The notes under the pieces were generated by a model. That model was not told where the DNA came from. It did no database searches and saw nothing but the letters and a program-made list of their open reading frames with translations. Below, one piece after another: positions 1 to 9,321 of a stretch of DNA of 64,000 nt. Position 1 is the stretch's first letter, and each line of letters starts with the position of its first letter. The DNA is from Candidatus Cloacimonadota bacterium (GTDB taxonomy: Bacteria; Cloacimonadota; Cloacimonadia; G963667145). The position numbers and the translations under genes were made by a program. The stretch lies in contig OY762940.1 of NCBI GenBank assembly GCA_963667255.1, forward strand, positions 1,120,001 to 1,184,000, written 5' to 3'.

Positions 1-285
1 CATGTTCAGACGACCGATGAGCAAATCTTGCCCGCAGGGACAGGATATATTACTGATGTTGGGATGTGTGGCGGACACTTATCGGGAATAGGTGTAAAGA
101 AAGAGATAGTGATACAGAAAGCTATTAGCGGTATGCCGGAGAGATATCATCCTTCGTGGGAAGGTCTGGAGATAAACGCTGTTTTTGTGGAGATAAAAGA
201 CGGGAAGACCGTTAATATTGAGCGAATAAAACGAAAATATGAGCAAGTTAAAAGTAATATCGATTCTGCACCGTCTAAAAACTGA
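1..285 (+). CDS. YmdB/TIGR00282-family metallophosphoesterase, C-terminal part (5' truncated by window)
   Basis: Frame 1 reads HVQTTDEQILPAGTGYITDVGMCG, matching the family motif HTHVxTAD...GTxYITDxGMxG. Confidence 0.85.
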   Translation, partial: HVQTTDEQILPAGTGYITDVGMCGGHLSGIGVKKEIVIQKAISGMPERYHPSWEGLEINAVFVEIKDGKTVNIERIKRKYEQVKSNIDSAPSKN

Positions 286-1096
286 AATAAATGCTGACTT
301 GAAGAAGTTGGGCAGAGTTCCCACTTTGGCTGTGATTTTGGTTGATGGCGATGAAGCCTCTTCTATCTATTCCGAGAGCATCCAAAAAAAAAGTTGGGAA
401 TTGGGTATAAATTGCGAAATTGTTAAATTGCCTTCTTCCGTTTCTCAAAAAGAGTTGGAAGGTGTTCTTATCTCAGCTGGGAATGATAGCGAAATTGACG
501 GGATAATGATTCAGCGACCATTGCCAAAATCTATAAACATTGACTCCATTTGCTCGTATTTGCCGGCAGAGAAAGATGTTGAGGGAATTACCAACGAAAG
601 CTTGGGAAAAATTTTGTCAGGAGATAAAGCTCCCGAGCCTTGCACAGCCAAAGCGGTTTATGAAATTATCAAGCATTATGGGTTGTTGCAATTTGGCAGT
701 AAGATTGCGTTGATGGGCATTTCAACTTTGGTTGGCAAGCCTCTTCTCAATTTGCTGGCTTATCGTGGCGGAGTCGAGATAACGATGATTGACATCAATA
801 CTCCCAATCCTCAAAAATATACCAAGCAAGCAGATTTGCTGGTCGTAGCCATAGGTGACCCCGAGGCAGTGACTTCCGATTATCTCAAAGAAGGTGCTGT
901 GGTGATAGATGTGGGAATTAATCAGGTTTGCAAAAACGGCGAAGAAGTGGTGGTTGGCGATGTTGATTATGAAGATTGCTCACGGGTCGCTTCCGCTATC
1001 ACAGCAGTTCCCGGAGGAGTTGGCAGAGTTACCACTTTATGTATTTTCAAGAATCTTTTGTTTTTGTGTAACGAGAAGAAATTTTCGGTTTTGTAG
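239..1096 (+). CDS. folD: Methylenetetrahydrofolate dehydrogenase (FolD family, divergent)
   Basis: LAVILV, QRPLP, KDVEG, PCTAKAV, VGKPL, VIDVGIN, GDVD and VPGGVG motifs. Confidence 0.9.
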   Translation: MSKLKVISILHRLKTEINADLKKLGRVPTLAVILVDGDEASSIYSESIQKKSWELGINCEIVKLPSSVSQKELEGVLISAGNDSEIDGIMIQRPLPKSINIDSICSYLPAEKDVEGITNESLGKILSGDKAPEPCTAKAVYEIIKHYGLLQFGSKIALMGISTLVGKPLLNLLAYRGGVEITMIDINTPNPQKYTKQADLLVVAIGDPEAVTSDYLKEGAVVIDVGINQVCKNGEEVVVGDVDYEDCSRVASAITAVPGGVGRVTTLCIFKNLLFLCNEKKFSVL

Positions 1097-1105
1097 GTAA
1101 ATCAG

Positions 1106-2446
1106 ATGTCCGCTTATAAAAATGCTCTCGGAGACAGCAATATTAATAGAGCCCTTCTGAATATGTCGATACCAGCGATTGTGGGGATGAGTGTTGTTGC
1201 GACATACAGTATGGTGGATACGATTTTTGTCGGGCATTGCGTTGGACCGCGTGGCATTGCGGGCATTTTCATCGGATTCCCCTATCAAATTTTCATTATG
1301 TCCGTAGCGATGATGTTGGGAGTTGGGGGAGGTTCTATAATTTCCAGAGCCTTGGGAGAGGGCAACATAGACAAAGCATACACTACGCTGAGCACTGTTG
1401 GCATTGGGACTGTTGTCATCGGAGTGTTAATAACCTTAATCAGCTATTTGTTACTCCCTGTATTTTTGAAATTGTCTGGTGCAAAGGGGCTGGTATTTTA
1501 CCACGCCAAGCCATATTTTGCCGTAATGATTTTGGGCACTGTGTTTTTTATGATTTCCTTAGTTGCCAACTCTCTTTTGCGTGCTGAGGGGAAGAGCAAT
1601 GCAGCTATGTGGATACTGGTTATGGCAGCCGGAATGAATATCATCTTGGATTTTTTTCTGATATATTTGTTCAATATGGGAACATTCGGAGCGTCCTTGG
1701 CTACAGTGATAGCCGAAATAACTGCAGTTATTTATGTTGGATTTCACTTTTCCAAACACGGTAGCAGGATACATTTTGAGAAAATGATTTTCAAATGGGA
1801 AATTTTTAAGGAGACACTTGTTCTTGGGTTTTCCTCTTTTATAAATCAGGTAAGTTCCTCTATTTTGTTGGTTGTGCTCAATAACCGTTTGGCTGTTTAC
1901 GGTGGCGGAATTGCCATAGGAATTTTCAGTATTTATCATCGAATGGCAATGCTGATTTGTATGCCTGTTTACGGGCTCGCTCAAGGGATGCAACCTTTGG
2001 CTGGATATCACTTTGGTTCACGAACATTCGATAAGGTCAAAGAGGTTTTTCATAAGGCGACTTTTTGGGCAACGGTAGTCACGACATTGGGATTTGTGAT
2101 TTTGGTTTTTTTCCCGTCTTTTGTCATCAGTATTTTTACCAAGAATGTGGAAATTTTGCCCAAAGGCAGTCACGCTCTAATCCTGTTGAGTTTGGCTTAT
2201 CCTTTGGTAGGCTTCCAGATGATAGGCTCTATGGGGTTTATGGCTATTGGGAAATATCGCCCTGCTTTGATACTCAATACACTCAGACAATTGATTTTCC
2301 TGATTCCCTTTGTTTACCTGTTGGCTCCTTGGCTGGGATTGTTTGGTATTTGGATTTCGTTTCCCATCTCCGATGTTTTGGCTTTTATCGTTACACTTAT
2401 TTTGTATAGACGCTACATTCACAAATTGGAAAAAGAGTATAATTAA
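1106..2446 (+). CDS. MATE family efflux transporter (MepA-like)
   Basis: About 12 TM segments; YSMVDTIFVG, NIILDFFLI and GMQPLAGYHFG motifs. Confidence 0.9.
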   Translation: MSAYKNALGDSNINRALLNMSIPAIVGMSVVATYSMVDTIFVGHCVGPRGIAGIFIGFPYQIFIMSVAMMLGVGGGSIISRALGEGNIDKAYTTLSTVGIGTVVIGVLITLISYLLLPVFLKLSGAKGLVFYHAKPYFAVMILGTVFFMISLVANSLLRAEGKSNAAMWILVMAAGMNIILDFFLIYLFNMGTFGASLATVIAEITAVIYVGFHFSKHGSRIHFEKMIFKWEIFKETLVLGFSSFINQVSSSILLVVLNNRLAVYGGGIAIGIFSIYHRMAMLICMPVYGLAQGMQPLAGYHFGSRTFDKVKEVFHKATFWATVVTTLGFVILVFFPSFVISIFTKNVEILPKGSHALILLSLAYPLVGFQMIGSMGFMAIGKYRPALILNTLRQLIFLIPFVYLLAPWLGLFGIWISFPISDVLAFIVTLILYRRYIHKLEKEYN

Positions 2447-2448
2447 TT

Positions 2449-3183
2449 ATGAATTGTTATTTTATTTCGGACACACACCTCAAGCCTGTGCCTAAAAGCT
2501 CTGACGATAGAGAGCGACAAATTCGAGTTGTGAAATTTTTGGAAAAGATAACAGGAGAAGCCGATTATTTGATAATCGACGGAGACTTTTTCGATTTGTG
2601 GTATGATTGGTCTAATATCGTTCTTTCCGAATTTTTCCCCGTGTATTTTGCGTTAAGACAGTTGGCAAATTCAGGATGCAAAATCAAAATGTTGTCAGGG
2701 AATCACGATTTCTATTTTCGTTTTTTCTTGCAAAAATATCTTGATATAGAAATATTTGCGGACAGTTGTAGCTTGGAAATTGACAACAAGAGGGTTTTTG
2801 TAACTCATGGCGATTCTCATAGTCAAAACGATTTTAGATATAAGATTTATAAATACCTTATTCGTTCCAAAATTTTTGAGATATTTTTTGGCATTGTTCA
2901 TCCGGTTACAGCGATAAAAATCGGCTCTCTTGCTTCGAGAAGTTCTAGAAATAGAAAAACTGATACCAAAAAATTAGAAAGAAAAGAGAACGATTTTTTG
3001 CAATTTGCTGAAAACAAAATAAAAAACGAAAATTTTGATTTGGTTGTAATGGGGCACACTCACAATCCTATTTTAAAAAAAATAGAGAACGGTTTTTATG
3101 CCAATTGTGGAGATTGGCTTACACACAACTCATTTGTTCAGTTAAAAGACGGCAAAGTTTTTTTAGATAGGTTTGAGTTTTGA
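2449..3183 (+). CDS. UDP-2,3-diacylglucosamine diphosphatase (LpxH/YbbF-like metallophosphoesterase)
   Basis: ISDTHL, GDFFDLW, GNHD, THGD, MGHTH and NCGDW motifs. Confidence 0.8.
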   Translation: MNCYFISDTHLKPVPKSSDDRERQIRVVKFLEKITGEADYLIIDGDFFDLWYDWSNIVLSEFFPVYFALRQLANSGCKIKMLSGNHDFYFRFFLQKYLDIEIFADSCSLEIDNKRVFVTHGDSHSQNDFRYKIYKYLIRSKIFEIFFGIVHPVTAIKIGSLASRSSRNRKTDTKKLERKENDFLQFAENKIKNENFDLVVMGHTHNPILKKIENGFYANCGDWLTHNSFVQLKDGKVFLDRFEF

Positions 3184-3242
3184 TAAAAAGCAACGGGATA
3201 TTTGTAAAAGTGAGTAAATGAAATTAATAAAAGGGGATTATT

Positions 3243-4001
3243 GTGGCTAAGTATAATGTTTCTTCGTCGGTTGGAAAGGCTTTTCGTCTATTGGAGTGTA
3301 TAGCCGCCAATCAACCGATGACTGCACCCGAAGTTTCTCAAAAGTTAAAATTTAACAAGACTAATACTTACAGATTGTTATCGACTTTGAGTGAAATTGG
3401 CTATATTTATAAAGGAGACAGAGGATATAATTTAACATTTAAGCTTTTGTCTTTGGGCAGAACTGCTCCGGTGACCAAAGTTATCAAAAATATTGCCGAG
3501 CCTGTTATGGAAAAATTGATGAACTTGGTGCATGAAAATGTGTATCTTACAAGTATGATAGATACAAAGGTATTTGCAATTCATACTATTAGGTCGCCTG
3601 AACACCATCTTATGCTTAATCCCGAGAAAACTTCCGTTTTCCCTATCCATTCTTGTTCTTCAGGAAAATTATTTTTGGCATATTTGCCCAAAGATAAAAG
3701 GGGAAAAATAATGAGCAAATTAAAATTTGAGAAATTAACCGAAACCACTATCACAGACAAAGATAAATTTATTAAAGAGTTGGATAAATGTAAAAAGCAA
3801 GGATATGCTATCGAGAATAGAGAATTTTCGGATGAACTTATAAGCATTAGTGCTCCTATTTTTGGTGTAGAAGATGAAGTGTTGACTTGTTTGTCTGTTT
3901 CTGGTCCGAATATTAGGATTTCGCATGAATTTTTGGAAAGATACTCGGATGATGTTGTTAGATTTGCTGATGAGATTACCAATCATCTTCGTCTAAATTA
4001 A
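3243..4001 (+). CDS. IclR family transcriptional regulator
   Basis: N-terminal HTH (SVGKAFRLLE...TYRLLSTL); effector domain with HSCSSGKLFLA, GYAIENREF, ISAPIF, SVSGP. Confidence 0.9.
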   Translation: MAKYNVSSSVGKAFRLLECIAANQPMTAPEVSQKLKFNKTNTYRLLSTLSEIGYIYKGDRGYNLTFKLLSLGRTAPVTKVIKNIAEPVMEKLMNLVHENVYLTSMIDTKVFAIHTIRSPEHHLMLNPEKTSVFPIHSCSSGKLFLAYLPKDKRGKIMSKLKFEKLTETTITDKDKFIKELDKCKKQGYAIENREFSDELISISAPIFGVEDEVLTCLSVSGPNIRISHEFLERYSDDVVRFADEITNHLRLN

Positions 4002-4026
4002 TTTCTATAAAAAAGGAATATTGTTT

Positions 4027-5283
4027 ATGATAGTTTGTAAATTTGGTGGAACATCTTTGGCAGATGCCGAGAATATAAAGAAAGTTGCTTCTATAATCAA
4101 AAGCGACCCAGAGAGGTCAATGGTGGTTGTTTCAGCTCCGGGGAAAAGATTTGATAGTGATATCAAGGTAACAGATTTGTTATACAGTTTGGCTGCAAAT
4201 AAATCGGAGAAGATTAAATTTGAACAAATTTTGCATGAGATAAAATCGAGATTTGTGCAGATGATAAAAGAGCTTGAAGTTGAAGGTAAATCCGTTTTGA
4301 ATAGTTTGGATATTATTGCCGAAGAAATTTTGCAGGGAGTTAGCCAAGATTTTGTAGCATCTCGTGGGGAGTATCTCAACGCTTTGTTGATTAGTGAATA
4401 TATGGGTTTTAAGTTCGTGGATTCTACGGAATTTGTTCGCCTTTATGATGACGGCAGTATTAATCCCGAAACTTATGAATTGGGGAAGAAAGCTCTGGAT
4501 AAAAAAGTGCCGACCATAGTTCCTGGGTTTTATGGACTGGATAGTGGTGGTCATATTAAAACTTTTTCTAGAGGTGGGTCTGATATTTCAGGTGCAATTT
4601 TGGCTGTTTGCGTTGATGCCGATTTGTATCAAAACTGGACAGATGTTTCAGGTGTGTTGGCTGCCGACCCACGCATCGCACAGTCACCTGCTTTAGTCCC
4701 CGAGATTACCTATGCGGAGTTACGACAGCTTGCATGCTTTGGAGCAAATGTTTTTCATAGTGCGGCGATTGCTCCGGTTGCCAGTGCAGGCATTCCGATA
4801 CAGATAAAAAATACGCTAATTCCTGAGGCGGAAGGCACGACTATTTCCTGTGAACGACAAATTGACAAAATGCCCATTGTCGGTGTTTCTGGTTTGCAAA
4901 ATTTGAAAAGAGTTTGGGTGAACAAAGAGAATTTGAGTCAAAAAAACCTTTCCGAGTTAATTAATGAAATTAGTCATTTCGGGTTTAATCCATTCTTTTC
5001 GCGTTTGGCTACAGATTATGCTTATGTCTATGGGACTTGCCTTGAGAGCAGTTCTCCTGATTCTTTGCAATCCAAATTTAATCTTAGCGAAGAAGAGTTC
5101 AGCGTAGTCGGAATTGTAGGACAAAGATTGTCGTGGGACAGGATTTTACCTATGATTAATTCATTGAAATCTATAGATGTTATAGAGGTGAGCTTCGAGG
5201 CTTTATCTTCTACTGTTATAGTTGTAGTAAAGAATTCTGACTACAAAAAAACTTTGCAGATTTTGGCTAAGTTGATAAATTAA
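4027..5283 (+). CDS. lysC: Aspartate kinase
   Basis: KFGGTS, VVVSAPG, SRGE, TFSRGGSD and WTDVSG motifs; degenerate ACT region; ATG 4027 follows AAGGA. Confidence 0.85.
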   Translation: MIVCKFGGTSLADAENIKKVASIIKSDPERSMVVVSAPGKRFDSDIKVTDLLYSLAANKSEKIKFEQILHEIKSRFVQMIKELEVEGKSVLNSLDIIAEEILQGVSQDFVASRGEYLNALLISEYMGFKFVDSTEFVRLYDDGSINPETYELGKKALDKKVPTIVPGFYGLDSGGHIKTFSRGGSDISGAILAVCVDADLYQNWTDVSGVLAADPRIAQSPALVPEITYAELRQLACFGANVFHSAAIAPVASAGIPIQIKNTLIPEAEGTTISCERQIDKMPIVGVSGLQNLKRVWVNKENLSQKNLSELINEISHFGFNPFFSRLATDYAYVYGTCLESSSPDSLQSKFNLSEEEFSVVGIVGQRLSWDRILPMINSLKSIDVIEVSFEALSSTVIVVVKNSDYKKTLQILAKLIN

Positions 5284-5475
5284 CCCAAAAAAGCCAGTAG
5301 CATAGTTGAAAAATAGAAATATAAAAATCCCCGCAATTTTGTAATAATTTTATTTTACAGTGCGTTGTGAGCTTAAAAAAGATTAAAAATTAATTGACAC
5401 GGACAAAGCTTTTCTTATCTATGCCCGTAGTGACCTGTATATACATAAACTAATTTCAAATAAGGAGAGATATAA

Positions 5476-6405
5476 TTGAGAAAGCGTTGGTTTTTTAGTT
5501 TTGGACATGTTGAGTGGACAAAGAGTTATATTTTTTCTTTTTCTAATAGATTTTTTTTGTTTCTTCTCTTTTTTGTTTCTTTATTTGCTATGCTTCTGTT
5601 ATGGAAAGGTGGTGTGGCTGTCTCTTATTTTAGCAAAGTCTCCAGACAGGACAAATTGGAAAGAGAGAACGAAATTTTGAAGAGCCAATTAGCTAAGTTT
5701 AGTGCAATTATAGATTCGGTTAAGGGAGATCTCAGCGTTATTCAATCTTGGGAAAGTGAAATCCGCAAGCAAAGAAATTTCAAGCCTGTTGATCCCCAAA
5801 TCAGAGAGATGGGTATAGGTGGTGTGCCGACATTAGATAGTGCTACTTCAGAACTTTCTTCAGATTTGAGGTTGGATTGTGCTTTTCTGAAGTTACAACT
5901 TGAGCAATTGACAGCTATGTCGGAGTTGGAGTTTGAGTTGATGGGCGAACTGCGAAAAAACAGTGAGTTTCGCCAAGATATGTATGACTATATGCCCACT
6001 ATCTATCCTGTTTATGGTTATGTTACCAGTCCTTTCGGTTATAGGATTCATCCTATTCTTGGACGGAAAATATTTCACGAGGGTATTGATATAGCCAATA
6101 AAAAAGGAACTTTAGTTCATGCTACGGCTGATGGAGTGGTTTCTGACACCAAATACTCCAGTAGTTTTGGAAACAATATTTTGATTGACCACAAGTATGG
6201 ATTTTCTACCCGTTATGCTCATTTGTCAAAACTATTGGTAAAAGATGGACAAAAGGTAAAAAAAGGCGAAGTTATAGGTTTGATGGGATCTACCGGAAGA
6301 TCTACGGGAACTCATTTGCATTATGAAGTTCGCAGGTATGGTAGCTATAGAGACCCTGAGCCTTATCTTGCTAAGTCTGCAGATTTGGATTTAGCTGTTA
6401 ATTAA
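5476..6405 (+). CDS. M23 family metallopeptidase with N-terminal TM and coiled coil
   Basis: HEGID, YAHL and STGTHLHYEV zinc motifs; AAGGAG RBS before the TTG start. Confidence 0.9.
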   Translation: MRKRWFFSFGHVEWTKSYIFSFSNRFFLFLLFFVSLFAMLLLWKGGVAVSYFSKVSRQDKLERENEILKSQLAKFSAIIDSVKGDLSVIQSWESEIRKQRNFKPVDPQIREMGIGGVPTLDSATSELSSDLRLDCAFLKLQLEQLTAMSELEFELMGELRKNSEFRQDMYDYMPTIYPVYGYVTSPFGYRIHPILGRKIFHEGIDIANKKGTLVHATADGVVSDTKYSSSFGNNILIDHKYGFSTRYAHLSKLLVKDGQKVKKGEVIGLMGSTGRSTGTHLHYEVRRYGSYRDPEPYLAKSADLDLAVN

Positions 6406-6488
6406 GTCCGATTTATTTTACTTCAAAATCCCCATCGACGGTATAGGGATGATTTGGAGTAAATTTTTTTTATAAATTGTTGAATAAA

Positions 6489-6671
6489 ATGAAGAAAAGT
6501 TTTGAAGACGAAGTTAAAAAAATAGACGAAATTGTCCGCCAACTTGAGGAAGAGAATTTGGAATTTGACCAAATTTTGAACTTGTATAAAGAAGGGCAAA
6601 CTTTGATTAAAAGTTGTAAAAAAAGATTGGAAAGTGTAGAAAATATTTTGGTTGAGTTGGATAAGGAGTAG
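6489..6671 (+). CDS. xseB: Exodeoxyribonuclease VII small subunit
   Basis: SFEDEVKKIDEIVRQLE...LYKEG...C..RL pattern; immediately upstream of ispA. Confidence 0.85.
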   Translation: MKKSFEDEVKKIDEIVRQLEEENLEFDQILNLYKEGQTLIKSCKKRLESVENILVELDKE

Positions 6672-6675
6672 TGTT

Positions 6676-7560
6676 GTGTACAAAGCTCTAAAGAAAGACC
6701 TCAAAAAAATACGCGAAAGTGTTAACATTCAGATTGATAGATTTTTGCCGAGAAAAGACGAATATCCGAAGAATATTCATAAGGCTATTAGACATTCGCT
6801 TTTTGCTGGTGGTAAGGGCATTAGAAGTTACATGCTGATTAAAATTTATTCTATCTTCTGTGAAAAGATTGAACCGATAATGCCGTTGGCTGTCGCTTTT
6901 GAAATGTTGCATACTTACACACTTATTCACGACGATTTGCCGTATTTGGACAATGATGATTTTCGCAGGGGAAAACCAACTTGTCATAAACTTTTTGGGG
7001 AAGATGTGGCACTTTTGGCTGGCGACACTTTGCTGATTTATGCTTTCGATATCATTTCACAAATGGAAGTGGATTACAAAATTAAAGCAGGGATATTACA
7101 AAAGTTTTCTGAAATGGCAGGTGCTCGTGGTTTGGTCGGAGGACAATGGGAAGATATCAATTGTGAAGGCAAAACTGTAGATAAAGAGAAATTGGCATAT
7201 ATTCATAACAATAAAACTGCGGGATTTATTAAATTGACTGCAACCTTGGCGTGTCTTTTGGCGGGAGCATCGGAAGAAGATACGGAGTTATTGGATGAGT
7301 ATGCCGGAAATATAGGTTTGGCTTTTCAGATTGTGGATGACATTCTTGATATTGAGGGTTCTTTTCAGGAAAGAGGGAAATCTATAGGCAAAGATATGAA
7401 ATCAAAGAAGATAACTTATCCCGCTCTATACGGATTGCAAGAGTCCAAAGATGAAGTGGAAAAACTTATGACAAGAGCTAAAGAGATTTTGGACAAATAT
7501 CATGATAAGGGTCTGATGTTGCAACGATTTACCGATTATATCTACCTTAGCAAATGGTAA
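6676..7560 (+). CDS. ispA: Geranyltranstransferase / farnesyl diphosphate synthase
   Basis: LIHDDLP..DNDDFRRG, GLAFQIVDDILD and GKSIGKD motifs; GTG 6676 follows AAGGAG. Confidence 0.9.
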   Translation: MYKALKKDLKKIRESVNIQIDRFLPRKDEYPKNIHKAIRHSLFAGGKGIRSYMLIKIYSIFCEKIEPIMPLAVAFEMLHTYTLIHDDLPYLDNDDFRRGKPTCHKLFGEDVALLAGDTLLIYAFDIISQMEVDYKIKAGILQKFSEMAGARGLVGGQWEDINCEGKTVDKEKLAYIHNNKTAGFIKLTATLACLLAGASEEDTELLDEYAGNIGLAFQIVDDILDIEGSFQERGKSIGKDMKSKKITYPALYGLQESKDEVEKLMTRAKEILDKYHDKGLMLQRFTDYIYLSKW

Positions 7561-7991
7561 AAATAAAGTTTAAGTTGTTGAATAAAAACGCTCGTTTGCC
7601 CAAAATAATGAGCAATTTTGCTGCCGGAGCTGACCTTGGTGCGTGTTTGCATAAGCCTTTTGTCCTTGCTCCCGGTTCTGTTGGTCTCATTCCTTGCGGA
7701 TTTGCTATGGCGATTCCCGAAGGTTATGAGGCTCAAATAAGACCTCGCAGTGGTCTTGCCGTTAAGCATTGTATCGGAGTTCTTAATTCTCCCGGGACGA
7801 TAGATGCTGATTACAGAGGCGAAGTGAAAATAATTTTGTTTAATTTTGGTAAGGAAAGTTTTACTGTTAAAAACGGCGATAGAATTGCCCAGATGGTGTT
7901 TCAAAAATTGCCGGAAGTTAAATTTGAGTGTGTGGAAATGCTGGATACAACTGTGAGAGGTGAGGGCGGATTTGGTCACACTAAATTATAA
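7554..7991 (+). CDS. dut: dUTP diphosphatase
   Basis: AGADL, RPRSGLA, GTIDADYRGE and RGEGGFGHT motifs. Confidence 0.97.
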   Translation: MVKIKFKLLNKNARLPKIMSNFAAGADLGACLHKPFVLAPGSVGLIPCGFAMAIPEGYEAQIRPRSGLAVKHCIGVLNSPGTIDADYRGEVKIILFNFGKESFTVKNGDRIAQMVFQKLPEVKFECVEMLDTTVRGEGGFGHTKL

Positions 7992-8011
7992 TTGTTTGTA
8001 AGGAGAGAGTT

Positions 8012-9295
8012 ATGGCATCATTTAGAAAGAGAATTGAGGAAGAGGTAATAAGAATAAAAGATAAAAACGCTGAGATTTTGGCTAATTATAGGGATAAAGA
8101 GGTTTGTAAAGTTACTCCTGCGAATATTTTTGCGGGGATGAGAGGTATTGTTGAGGTTGTTTGCAACACTTCTTATGTTGACCCTGAAAATGGTCTAATG
8201 CTCAAAGGTATTCCTATCGGAGACTTGGCAGATAAATGTGCGGAAGAAATTTTTTATTTATTGTGTACCGGCAAACTTCCTCAAGATGATGAATTACAAA
8301 TGCTGCAAAAGAGTTTGACTTTGCGTTCTTCTGTGCCTCGAGAGGTTTGGAATATTCTATTTGCTTTGCCTGTAAATACTCATCCTATGACGATGTTGAG
8401 TATTGCGGTTTTGATATTGGAAAGAGAATCTATCTTCCGTGAAAAATATGAAGAGGGTTTGCGGAAAAAAGATTTTTGGAAATCAACTCTAGAAGATTCT
8501 ATGGAATTGATAGCGAAAATCCCCAGTATTGCTGCTGCGATTTATAGGATTAGTTACGAAAAAACTGATTTGATTCAAAGTTACGATCCTGACTTGGATT
8601 GGTCTGCTAATTTTGCTGCGATGTTGGGAATTGATACGCCTGACGAGGAAGTTTTTGCTGATTTAATCAGGCTTTACCTTGTTCTCCATTGTGACCACGA
8701 AGGGTGCAATGCCAGTGCTTTTACAGCAAGGATTGTCAACTCTACTTTGTCGGATGTGTATAGAGCTGTTTCTTCAGGTTTAAACGCTTTAGCCGGACCT
8801 TTGCACGGACTGGCAAATCAAAACGCTTTGAAATTTGTTTTGGACATCAAAGACGAATTTGATGGCTGTCCTACCAAAGAGCAGCTGGAAAGATATCTTG
8901 GAGGTTGGTTGGATGCCGGCAAAGTTATCCCGGGATATGGACACGCTGTTTTGCGAAAAACCGATCCGAGATTTACCGAGATTAAAAAATTTGCTGATAA
9001 ATATCTTCCCGATGATGTTCTTATTAAGATTGTTGGTTTAATGAGTGAAGTTGCTCCAATTGTCTTGAAAGAGAAAGGGAAAGCTACTTCTGTGTATCCG
9101 AATGTTGATGCTATCTCCGGAGCGGTTTTATATACGCTTGGCTTGGAGAGATTTGATTATTATACCGTTATTTTTGGAGTTTCGAGGATTTTGGGATTTT
9201 GTGCTCAATTGATTATTGCCCGAGGCGTGAATTCATCTATTATCAGACCAAAGAGTGTGACAAGTGAGATGTTGGAAGAGATGCTCTCAAAATAG
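8012..9295 (+). CDS. gltA: Citrate (Si)-synthase, eukaryote-like type
   Basis: GMRG, HPMT, HCDHEG.NASA, LAGPLHGLANQ, IPGYGHAVLRKTDPR and PNVDAISG motifs. Confidence 0.9.
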   Translation: MASFRKRIEEEVIRIKDKNAEILANYRDKEVCKVTPANIFAGMRGIVEVVCNTSYVDPENGLMLKGIPIGDLADKCAEEIFYLLCTGKLPQDDELQMLQKSLTLRSSVPREVWNILFALPVNTHPMTMLSIAVLILERESIFREKYEEGLRKKDFWKSTLEDSMELIAKIPSIAAAIYRISYEKTDLIQSYDPDLDWSANFAAMLGIDTPDEEVFADLIRLYLVLHCDHEGCNASAFTARIVNSTLSDVYRAVSSGLNALAGPLHGLANQNALKFVLDIKDEFDGCPTKEQLERYLGGWLDAGKVIPGYGHAVLRKTDPRFTEIKKFADKYLPDDVLIKIVGLMSEVAPIVLKEKGKATSVYPNVDAISGAVLYTLGLERFDYYTVIFGVSRILGFCAQLIIARGVNSSIIRPKSVTSEMLEEMLSK

Positions 9296-9321
9296 AATTT
9301 GAGATTTAACGGAGAGTAATT

